Below, piece by piece: positions 23,702 to 34,896 of a stretch of 64,000 nucleotides of DNA (within the stretch, counting starts at the first letter, position 1; every line of letters starts with the position of its first letter). The DNA is from Takakia lepidozioides (Eukaryota; Plantae; Bryophyta). The DNA lies in contig CM060732.1 of assembly GCA_030704615.1 (NCBI GenBank), positions 52,514,001 through 52,578,000 on the forward strand, written 5' to 3'. The notes below the pieces were generated by a model. It did no database searches. It saw nothing but the letters and a program-made list of their open reading frames with translations, and had not been told where the DNA came from. Position numbers and translations under genes: made by a program.

Positions 23702-26700
23702 ATGGTGAAAAAATCCACCATGCTCGAAGCGCGTCGGGTATACCATGAGGAATATGATACTGATGAGTGGGAAGCACTGATTTGCGAGGCTCACACGAGG
23801 GCAAGGCTTGATGAACCCGGGGATAATAACAGGAAGCCGTTCATATGTATCTACTGTAAACAGGTGTATAAAGACAAAAAAAAATTAAACGTTCACAGGA
23901 TAAATGGGTGTGCTGCTGTTGGGAAGGGTGGGGCTAAACTAAAAATGTACCCTGTGTTTGAAGCCGGTCAGAGGGCATTGATGGAGACTGTTCTGAAGGA
24001 CCATGGGCATCTGCCGCGCAAAAACTCGCGGGCGAAGGTGGGCCGGGAGGACAGTGGGGGTGAAGACCAATTTCAGCCACAAATGAAGCGGAGGAGGCAT
24101 TTGCGGCTACCAGCTAAGGACTCCCATGTACCTCTTCAGGCGGGGGACTTGGCAATGGACGAGGAAACTACCATGCTACCAGACCCACCAACGAGGACAC
24201 ATACAGAGGCACCAACTCTGGATCAGTTGATCAAGTCTGCTTTGCTTCAATCCACGACTAGAGAAGAGGCCAAACAAGCCTTTGTGGCAGTTTCTCTGAT
24301 ACTGAAATCTGACATTGTCGTGCCCCCCAAACCTGCACCTGTTGCACGCCCAGGTCTCAGCTACCTCATGGACTACAATTTGTTGCCTGATGGGTTCCCT
24401 TCACCTGACAATCCCTGCTTTTTAGAAAGTCTTGCTGCACTTGTGGGGAGCGCGGAATTTGCTAATAGTATGATGGGTAAAGCGTATGGTCAATGGTTCG
24501 TCCGACGCATGGTAATACCTCTTCTAATCCTCTCCTGCACTGACCGCCCTCTTTTTTCTGTCATACATGTTTTCCCATCTGTGAGCACGCATTTAAGTCG
24601 TGGAATGGTCATGTTCTCCTGCATTTGTATTCTAGCATCTATATTGTAAGGTTGTTCCTCTTGGAAGAACATGTATATGCATGTAGCTGAAGCCCGTGGC
24701 GTTCTCTTCACCATGCACATTGGTGTGAGAATATTGTCATTTACAACTCAAGATCTGCAGCACCATTGTCTTATATGGATTTGAATTTGAACAGATTGTT
24801 TTGCATGGGTTTTGTTTTCATGCATTGTAATGTGTCTGTTTGGATTTCTTTTCTGTCCATGACCTTCATTATGGGAGGGGTCTATTCTAATGTCAGTACA
24901 AATCTGTTTCATGGTGTGGTAGCAGCATGATGCACCACCGCAGGAGGAGGCACTTCTTCGCAAGACATTGGCGTGCTTTTCAATACGTCCTGGTTTTACT
25001 CCTAACCATGCAGCTCAATACGCTGAGTGCAATGATGTTGTCAAATACCACAAGTACAGGGCTGCCATCATGGACTGTGACATGAAGGAGGTTGCTGCTC
25101 AGGCTGCATTGGAGAGTACAAGAACTCAGTTTTCGGAGGCTGGATTGCATAAATGGGACAGACAGGTCAATGACGAAATACATGAGAGTAAATGGGGCTG
25201 GTCCCCACTTTTCAAAATTATCAAGGCGGGTGACATCCCAGAGCTCTCAAATAATATGTTCACACATTCGCAGGAGGAAGCCCACATGTTCATGGCCATT
25301 TTGGCAGGAAGTCGAAACACAACACCACCTCCGAAAACACCGCAGTTCATGCGGGTGTTGCGTCTCATTTGGATGTGTCACGTTCACAAGACAATTCCCC
25401 TGTCCACACCAAGGAACTCTATGTTGCGTGACCTCCTCCACCAACTTCTAGACACACCCGAGGGTCACGTGGCCATTACAAATGCAGCCAATAATTTTCT
25501 TGAGATTGGATACTTTCTATATGGTTGCATGGCACCATACGAGCAGGCTCGAAGGGAGGTGCTGGACTCTGTGGCAGACCTTCTGGAGAGACAGAAAGAC
25601 GACCAAGACCGCGCCATACAGTCGCTGCAGACTTTTATGCAACAAGTCAGATGCAGGACTATCCGTGACCTTGCCATTGTTAATCGTACAGCTTTTGAGG
25701 TCTTGTGGTGTGGAGGGGGACAATCAGGAATGGGGGTTGATAAAGCCATCCTTGAATTTACTGAAATGTTGAGGTATCACGAGGACTTGGACATGGGGTG
25801 GCTTCCTTGCCCACCAGGTATGTCATTACAATGCTTTTGAATGTCCATGCTGCAAGATTTCATTGAATTAGAAAATAATATTGTCCACCATGTTCTCATG
25901 TGCTGAATCCGTCCTTAACCCGGCCTCATGTGCAACATCTGCTTTGGATGTGTGCAGGTAGCTTCGACTATGGTGAATCCCCGGTGTTGCAAGCTTTGAA
26001 AAATTTGGAACACAGTGTAGATGCTCTCATCACGGCCAGGCAGGGGGTGGCTGAAGCACGTTTTGCAAAAGCGGGTGGTGATGTTGGCAAGTGGACTGTC
26101 ATCCACCGACCGCATACACCACCCATCACAGCAAAAACCGCACACCTTGTGGTTTCCAAAGAGAATGCAAATATCGCAACATTGTGCAATGCTGCTGAGC
26201 TTGCCACCAAATCCATGCCGCAGTCAGAAAATGAAGAACATGAGGTGCAGCAGGCGGCGGAAACAGGTCCTCTCTGTCCCAGGACTGCAGGCATGCCCTA
26301 AGAGGGCAATATTGACGACCTTGCATCCACAACCAATGGTGGGAAAGTGATTGTGTGCCGGTCTGATGATGAGGCATCACGACTTCTGAGCCACCTCCCC
26401 GAACACCATGTGCCATCTGCTGAAGTCTGTGCCGACCTTCTTTGTCCGGAAACAGGTCCCCTGACTCAACTTGAAATGGACTTGTCTTGCAGTCAGGTAT
26501 TCCCTGACTTTGGTGGACCGCCTCCCCCTATGGGGTCTTTCACTTCATCACATAACTTTGTGAGTCCTCCCTCCAATTCTGTCCGAGATCCCACTGATGA
26601 GGGTGTAATTGTGCCTGCAGTAACCAATGTCAGGTCATCCAGAACCCCTCATGGTGAACTGCTTGAACAGTATGATACGCAGCATTGGCACATTATGGCC

Positions 26701-28334
26701 TTGCCCTTCTCCCTTCGTCGTTTCAAGATGATTTTTGATGGTTTGAATACTCCGAACAACACATATGCCACGACACGATTTGATGGTGATGTGCATGGGA
26801 GTGGGCACAAAGGACCTAATCGCTCTCGCTCTGTTACCTTTGCCAATCCCATTGCCACCCATACCACTCCACCTGCCAGCGCAAATAATCCTCCGCTATG
26901 TCAACTTCCATCCACCGATAATCAAGTAGTTGCAGCCCGTGGGAAAAAATCATTGTCCAGGTATGCATTTGCATTCATTGCACATGCACATGTTTCTTTG
27001 GCCCATACAATGTAACTGTCATGCACATTGTGCTGTTGTCATAATGCACAGTGTTCGTGGATGCGCATAATTCATGAGGCGATGGAAAACGTGATGTGAG
27101 TTCAACGCCCGTGCACCCTTCTTTATCGTAAATCTTATGGTATACCTTCAATCCTGTTTGAAACTGCAGTGTCTGCTTACATTGTCCATGCAGCCACTTG
27201 ACATGCTCTGTGGGGTCTGTTCAGGATTTGTTGTGGTGCAGTGGTGAGCAAGACTACGGACGTCTGGTTCTTCCAAGATTCGTTGTCCCCTCAGATCCCT
27301 CTTAGACTAGAAGATGCAGATGATCTGGTGGATGAAAGGGGCTGAACAAGTGACCGTGTGATGGACTTTTGGGTGTGTTGCAAAAAATTGTCCCTTCCAC
27401 ATAATGTGTACAGTAAAATTCGTGTGCTAGACATGTTCGCCTGGATGTGTCTTCGCACCCATTGCAAGAAATTTGGAAACGGAGTCAGCTCCATACAGGC
27501 TTGGGTGGACACAAGGTTCCCTACCCTTGACTGTATTGGTGTCAAAGTGCTCGTTGTCCGTGTTCTATTTAAGTGAGTTTTCTCCATTTAACCTGCCTCT
27601 GTTCCTATCACTTTCATGTATATGGGTTCTATTTCATGCACATCCTGATGAGGACTAAGCTGAAGGTGTGAATGTTTTGTGTAGCAACCACTGGAGTGTT
27701 CGTATTTTGGAACACGAGCGCTACCTTCACTTCAATAGCATTAAAAGCCTGCATAAACACAAGATGTTGAAGCCTTTGTTTGCAAGAGTGTGGGTTGTAC
27801 TGCAAGGATTATACCCTCCAAACCCAAAGTGGACAGAGGCCACACACCCAAAGCGGTGGGTGACCCCCCCTGTGCCCCAGCAAGTCTCCAACTGGGAGTG
27901 TGGCATGTTTACTGCTCATTACATTGATGTGTACTTGGAGGAAACATTTGTGAATCCAAAACCAGGTGGCGCAGGCCCGGTAAGCACACTCTTCCAATAC
28001 TGTAATACGGATGCTTTGCTTGCTGAAGTGCTCATGGCCATTGCTTTCAACGTGCTTCCCCTACTATAGTTTTGCGGTGCAGTTTCTCAGTGTGGGAACT
28101 TGTTTGCAGCTGAACCTGCAATGGTTCCCCGTTGAGGCTGCTTTGAAAAAGAGAGGGAACATTCGCAATTTGGTTATGGCAGAATTGGAGGGTGGAGGAG
28201 GACATGGCCTCCCATATGCACGACCACCATATCTTAGAGTTCCTAAAGACCCTGTGCAACCTGCTGTTCTTGCTACCCACCTTTCGCAGCCTAGGACCAG
28301 AACTCGGTACAGTTGTCGCAGCAAACTGAAATGA
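23702..28334 (+). pseudogene. Multi-exon TE gene: N-terminal C2HC zinc finger, unknown helical region, C-terminal Ulp1-like (C48) cysteine protease
   Basis: CIYCKQVYKDKKKLNVHRINGC; LEDADDLVDERG*TSDRVMDFW; NHWSV..LHFNS; PQQVSNWECGMF (His/Asn/Gln/Cys set). GT-AG introns after ~24511, 25817 and 26960. Premature stops at 26299-26301 and ~27343. Confidence 0.75.
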
Positions 28335-28494
28335 AAAGTTTTGTGTTGTCATTGCAATGCTCAATTCATTGTACACACTATCCTGAGATGCCTACAATGA
28401 TGTGCATCATTGTGAAAATTTCTTCATGTGCTTCTTAACTGAAGCAAACAACACAACACTGTTTTCTTGCATTGCCTTTTCACTCACACAAGAA

Positions 28495-28959
28495 CTACCC
28501 ATTGACAAGCCAGTCGTACTCATATGCATAGTCCATTGACGGTAAAAACGGATACACCGCTCGAATGTCATCTTCTGTTAGGATATTAAATATAATACAT
28601 GCCAGAGTTTTGTGCTCCACCCTCCAACACCTGCAATATGTTGCACAATGGTGGATCAATGTATCGTAAGGTCCCCGATGGCTGCCGTTAGGATTTGTGT
28701 AGTGATACATGCATACAGGGCAGCGTGCATGGGGTCTTATGATGAATTCCCATGCAACATGGTTCCTCTCAAAAAAAGCAGCCCACCGCCTGTGCATGTT
28801 CACCCGACGTGCAAGTATCTGTGGACCATACCACTCGAAGGTTCGCACAACGTATTCCAAGACACATGTCTCTCCAACCCCCATGTCTAATGCACATTGC
28901 CTTTCATTCACATAATCCCAAGGATTAAATTCCTCCTCTTCTTCATGTTCAAGTGTCAT
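28495..28959 (-). CDS. 154-aa orphan with a zf-XS-like zinc finger (TE cargo)
   Basis: Intact ATG-to-stop ORF; CPVC-x14-YDTLIHHCATY-x7-HKTLACII. Confidence 0.5.
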   Translation of the reverse strand: MTLEHEEEEEFNPWDYVNERQCALDMGVGETCVLEYVVRTFEWYGPQILARRVNMHRRWAAFFERNHVAWEFIIRPHARCPVCMYHYTNPNGSHRGPYDTLIHHCATYCRCWRVEHKTLACIIFNILTEDDIRAVYPFLPSMDYAYEYDWLVNG

Positions 28960-29572
28960 GCAATACTACGAGGGACGCCCACTGCCATAAGAACCCAAAT
29001 GGCACACATGCACCCCAAGTAATCTGAAGCCCCATCATGAGGCAAGGCACTGCTTCTTCAACCTGAATCTCTGAGGGAGTCACCGACGGATGCATCGTTC
29101 GACATCTCAATGACGGTTTGTACATGCTGCCCTTTTACATGTATACGCTGTGTGTCCTTTCATCATTCTCATGCACATTCATGCATGACAGATCGTGCTG
29201 CAAGTTACGTGTTGCGGGGAGTTGCGTATGCTCATTCTACAGAGGGGAAGCATGGACTTCCATCGATGTCACTTCTTTCAAGACTCAGAAGGGCCCAAGA
29301 AAACATGAACCCTTACAAAAAAGGTTGCCTCCACCAAAAACACTTCCTCGAAGTATAGTACAACATGAAGAGTAAGGAAATGACATTCATGATGAGGAGG
29401 ATAACGTCAACATGGTTCTGGAAATTTGAAACACATGAGCAGCAAACACAGAGTCGACTCTTACAATTCCACATTGCGTAACAAAGGCATTGTCACTGGC
29501 CTTGCCTACTTCCCCCCGTCGTCGTTACACCAATCCTCCACACGAACATGATGTAATTTTGGACACACTCCG

Positions 29573-30130
29573 TCAATCCACAACTGAAGACATTCCACAT
29601 CTTGTTTTTAGCACGACAGACAAACCTGGGCTCACCCTAAGGGCTGCGAGATTCTGAACTACGTCATTGACATCAGAAACCTCCACAATGTCGGTTTTGT
29701 CCATTAGGAAAGCCTCAGTTGCGGTCATGCCGAGTGACCAAGGAACACTGCTAGGGCCTTTGGAACGAATGTACTGCTTTTTGAATCGCATCGTGAATTT
29801 ACCCTTCACGATGAGGCTGCTCCTTGTAGTTTGCAGACACTTCCTCAGATCCAAAACTGGAATTTTGGCCAGCACCCCAGATGTATCAGCCTCCACCATC
29901 CAGAATATGTTGTCCTCACTCCGAATGTTGACCTCCATCCAAACATGGTCCCCGGATTTGCGAGCCTTCATAGTGTTGTCCAGACGGTAATCGTTGTCTT
30001 CTGCTGCCATGGCAATGACATCCCAAATGCCCACAGGGATGCCCATTGTGACATACTCGACCCCATAAGTTTTCGGGGCATTCGGCTTGTACATTAGGAT
30101 GACGCCCTCAACCAAGATGTGCTTCAGCAT
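29573..30130 (-). CDS. 185-aa orphan, globular-looking and beta-rich (TE cargo)
   Basis: Uninterrupted ORF with protein-like composition; family not recognised. Confidence 0.5.
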   Translation of the reverse strand: MLKHILVEGVILMYKPNAPKTYGVEYVTMGIPVGIWDVIAMAAEDNDYRLDNTMKARKSGDHVWMEVNIRSEDNIFWMVEADTSGVLAKIPVLDLRKCLQTTRSSLIVKGKFTMRFKKQYIRSKGPSSVPWSLGMTATEAFLMDKTDIVEVSDVNDVVQNLAALRVSPGLSVVLKTRCGMSSVVD

Positions 30131-30355
30131 CCCAGCCCCAAAAACAATGTTGCTAACAACAGTTTGTGTCCCTGTGGAAGAATGCGGGAGGGATGTGGCC
30201 TGACTTTAGAACTGTTAGAAAAAAACAGCCGCATGTTCAAACACTACACATCTGAACTTGGATACAACTATCATGCCTTGCATGGAGGCTGGGATGAGTG
30301 CCAGCAGGTCCTGCACCCAATCTGCATCCAGGGAGATATGATAACCCCAATCTAC

Positions 30356-30592
30356 GGGCGGTGGCAGCAATAGGTACGGGGGGGCTGAAGCACCCTTGAG
30401 TGCCCAAGGCACTCAAGGAGGCGGAGGCACTCACTAGGTGGAGCCCCGCACACCGGGTTGCGGTGGGGGTGGCTCCATAAGGGGTGGTGGTAGCTTAGTG
30501 GGACTTAGTCGGGGTGGCATAGACTCATCATGGGGCGGAGACCGTGTGGTGGGAGTCATGGGGAGTCTTGGGACTCACCACGGTCCAATGGG
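30356..30592 (+). repeat. Fragment of the chromovirus LTR
   Basis: Matches ~3765-4026. Confidence 0.9.
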
Positions 30593-31887
30593 CGAAATGT
30601 CTCATGCATCCTGTACACCCACCTTCAACTCTGAAGCGGTGGCGGCAGATGTGTACACCATAGCAAAGACAGAGCGACGAAAACGACGGCTGTAAATGAA
30701 AATGAGGAGGATAACGTCTCAGACACCACAGAATGCAATGAGGAGGAGAATGTCTCAGACAAGAAAAAATGCAATGAACTGAAAGGACGGAGTTCCTCGA
30801 TGGTGGGATCTGCAGACAAAGAATGTTGTTTGCATGATTCTTTACATGAAGCGAACGAATGGGATTTCCCGCCAATATAACATGTAATACATGTCACGTT
30901 TCAAAAACCTGGCACTGAAAAAGCTGCTCCCGTACTTCAATTATATACATGACAGACTGGTTTATGCACTGCATTACATATGAGAGCACTTTCGTAGACT
31001 ACTTGGCCATACAGCAGACCACGGTGCTGTCCAAATACTTCCACTTATGTACATTTACCTGTGTAAGTTTATTTTATTTATTTTCCATTCATATTTGCTT
31101 TTTCAAGGACTTTAAAACGAAAGTGGAAGTCATCATGTTTGGGAGCCAAGAGCAGCAGCAACATTTGGAAGGCTGCATATGTGCTAAATCTGAAGCATCT
31201 GTATGTGTTGGCATCAATCCCACCTGATATTGTGGTCATCATGCTATCCCTGTATGTGGCCAAAAAACAATTCTCCATACTGTGGAGGGCAGCAGGCTGA
31301 TACGAAAATTCATACGTCACTGTGGTATGTAAAAAACATGACAGTTGGTGAAACCTGCAATGACCTGATGCTCTAATTCGAGATGGGTGTGGACTGGCAC
31401 CAGAATTAGAATCTTTGACCATCTCCTATACATGTGCACTGGCCACAGAAGAAGTATGTAATACCATGTGCAATACATGAAAGGCACGAGAGATAAGTCA
31501 TTTCAATTTCAGTTCAAAGACACAGGGGACAAAGGTTGCATGGCTTCTCCATTCCTTCGTTGCTGGAATCCACCCTTTCAGGTGTACATGGTTTGTTGAG
31601 CCATGGAAAGACACAGGGTCATATGCATGTAAACAAACAATCCTTGAGGGCAAATTTGTGGCCAGGATTCATTAAGTATTTCAACGTTCAAGTGAGAAGA
31701 ATGATTATTGATCATTTCAGCATAAAGGTGCATGTATGAAACTAATGAGAAGCATCAATTACATGTGCGCGTGATATGAAAACCCTCAATGAAAAGTGGG
31801 TGCCACATGAATCATTCTCTACCGACAAAACAACCTGTACATCATTTCTAAGTTACAGAATAGCTACAGCACCTACACATTGCTGGG

Positions 31888-31950
31888 GAACCACCACGAA
31901 GATCCTCGATTCCCAGTGATGAGTCGCGGTGAGTCTTGGCCCACCCACCA
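31888..31950 (-). repeat. Inverted fragment of the chromovirus LTR
   Basis: Reverse complement matches ~4033-4093 and 61519-61581. Confidence 0.85.
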
Positions 31951-33080
31951 TCAGTACTTGAATGTCTTGAAAATGAGCTTGTCCACAAATCCCATAAGAA
32001 CATGGCAAAGGAAAACACATGATTGCTCCTCCTCGTCCATAGTATAGATGCACTCCAAAGCCCCAAGTCAACTGTCATGCAGCGCACTAAGTCCACAGTG
32101 TGGTACTTCCATCTTTGTCCTGCCCCGCTTCGGTTTCAATCTTCTGAAGAATGTGCAGCTGCACGTCGTGAGAAGGCATGGCAGAAACAACAATGAGGGC
32201 TTTGTACAATGTTTCAGAGACCTTGGCGCGAAAAATGGATGTTGGGGTGGAATCCATGGACAATGGAAGCTGAACTGTGCAAAGTGTGAGGGAAACTGCA
32301 AAGATGACAACCCTCGAACTTGCAACACAAACTCAGCCTAAATTCAGAAGTAGTAACAAGAGTGCAAACTGATAATATGAGATGTACAAGAGGACCCTAA
32401 CACCTGCAACACAAAGACCTCATGTGGGTAGAAAACCCAAGAAAACTATGGCAAGGATGACCTCAATGAAATCAGTATGGCACAAGTGGGTGAGCAAGCA
32501 GGAAAAAGTGAAGACAATGAAATGGAGAAGTGCGAGAGCTGTCTATTCTAGAACCGTTTATATCCTCCCAATGATGCACAACCTGTGTTACATGAACCCT
32601 CGGCCATAGCGACAACAACCTGGGCGAGACAATGACGGGGACATGCCACCGACAGTGTAGGCGTTACAAGTGCGTTACATAGTGGCACTATCACCAACCG
32701 TTTTCCATCTGTCTCACATGTACATGCGTTTTTCATCCATATGCATATTCACAACCAAACCATGGAAATACATATTGCCTTTCACTTTCACGTTGGTGGT
32801 ACATTGTATCACCCATGAGTTTAACAGTAACGAAACTGAAACTGAAGGCAAAAACAAACTGTGATAATGTAGATACACATGCAGCCGGGCAATGTTTACC
32901 AAAACTTCATGCAGATTACACACCTGAATTCATCTTCTGAAATTGAACATGAATTTTTATTCACACTTGACAATCCACATGCACATCCGAAATCAGACCC
33001 CTAGGCCATGCACATGTGCTACTTCAAACCCGGGCCCAATGCAAAACACGTCAAACTCCAGTCCTGCAATGCTTTTACGT

Positions 33081-33816
33081 TCATGCTGCCTCTAGCCAGT
33101 CCACCTCCTTGAAGTTCCAGTCATATGAAGGAACATCCACCTGCAGCCTAACCATTCGCTCTTTCCATACACAAACTCGCCCATCCCAACGAAAGAAATA
33201 AACAGAGTGATGGAAATGGTTGCCCCCCCAGTCAGGTACAACACGCAGGAAAACTGACGAGCCATTCTTTGGCATGTGCATATGTGATGCAAACATCACA
33301 TGCATCGTGTCACCCTCAAGGGTGACACAAATGTCTCCAGCAACAGTCCATGGCCTATCTGGTGTATGCCTTCGCTGAAGCATCCTCCAAATAGGTGAGG
33401 GAAGAGCATCAATCAGCTTGATGGAGTCCCAACCTCCGCCCATCCACTGGAATACAGTGAGAACATGAAAGCATTCATTCTCCTTGTTTGGATCCAAACC
33501 TAGTTGATATGGACCCCACTCCTCATTGGGGGCACACAAGAATCTGGACCTCAGAACCATCGTGTTTGGAAGCTTTGAACAGTCAATAGTACTTTCATCA
33601 TAGAAACCACACCAAGCCACTCTACCTGCAGAGTTGTGTCCCCTGAGAATAATGTCCCCTGTTGTTGGTTGACCAGTCCACCAAAGCTTCAAGAACGGAA
33701 ATGCGGGACCCCACAATGCCGCCAAGGTCACCCAACAGCTCCTTCATTGTGTCTTCATCAACCTCAGCTTACTCCTGTAGCCACGGAATGGAGGAAGAAC
33801 TGGTAAGGTCGGCCAT
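33081..33816 (-). pseudogene. Trp-rich orphan cargo gene, probably frameshifted near its 5' end
   Basis: 216-codon open frame at 33081-33731, with a plausible MADLTSSSSIPWLQE*AEVDEDTMKELL start in an adjacent frame. Confidence 0.4.
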
Positions 33817-34896
33817 TGAAAATGAAGCGGACTGCAAGGAGAGGGAAGTCAGAAGCACAATGTGATGGGCAGCTCAAAGGAGTAAGAAATGAGAGGGCGA
33901 TGGAAAGAGGCAACTGAGAAATGACCTAGAATCCAGGACTCCTTAGTGCCACTTATGGAGCTGTGATGTATGTTTCAATTGTATGTATGTATGTGTTACA
34001 TGGTTCATGATATTGTGTCAGTTCGAGTCAAGTCATTCTGAATGTAGTACATGATAGGGAGCGGGAAAAAAGACATTCCAACGGAGGGCCAAATATTTCC
34101 TTAGCAGGTTGACGTGGTAGAAGAATGATCTTTGTGTACATATGTTGCTTATCCCACATTTTATGGCAATTACAGTGTGCTGAAAACATGGTGTTGACTT
34201 CCAATTAGTGTTGATGTAAAAGTGTCATGTTCAAATATGACCACGTTGTGGATACATAGCAATTGTTGTTGTGCATGGGGTGCACGGACCTGTGCATGAT
34301 AAGGGAAGAGGATCTTACTTGATGACTGAAGATGTCCATTAATTTGTTTCAGTTTATAGGGGAGTGCCAGTGCACGTTACAAACTGATCCTCAACTGACA
34401 TGAAATCTGGTCAAATGTGAAACAAAGGCTTACTTGCTGACTGAAATTGTACATTATAATGTACGTTTATGATGGAGTGCCGGTGCATGTTTGAAAACAA
34501 ACTCTGAACTGAGATGAAAGAGGTCCACATTATGTTGCTAACAAAGACGTTGAACATGTAAACCCTGCCATCCAGAGCATAGTCCATAGCATGTGGATTG
34601 AAGAGCGGGGAGCATAATCCCTTCAAAACAGAAGAGGCATCAGTCAATACAAATTGTGATTGTAGGGAGAGTACCTAACACATAATTTCAAACTACGGAA
34701 CTATATGAGAGCTCACATGCCATGACAAGGCATATATGTGCGCACGCATCCAACAGTTTCCATCTCCCCTGCTGAGAGGTGGCAACATTGTCCCTGCACA
34801 GTGAAATGGTCGAATTCATGCTGTCAGTGGATCTGCATCAGGATTGTACTTTACAAACCGAATTTGAGGAAGTGTAGGGCAGTACCTTCATGCCTT

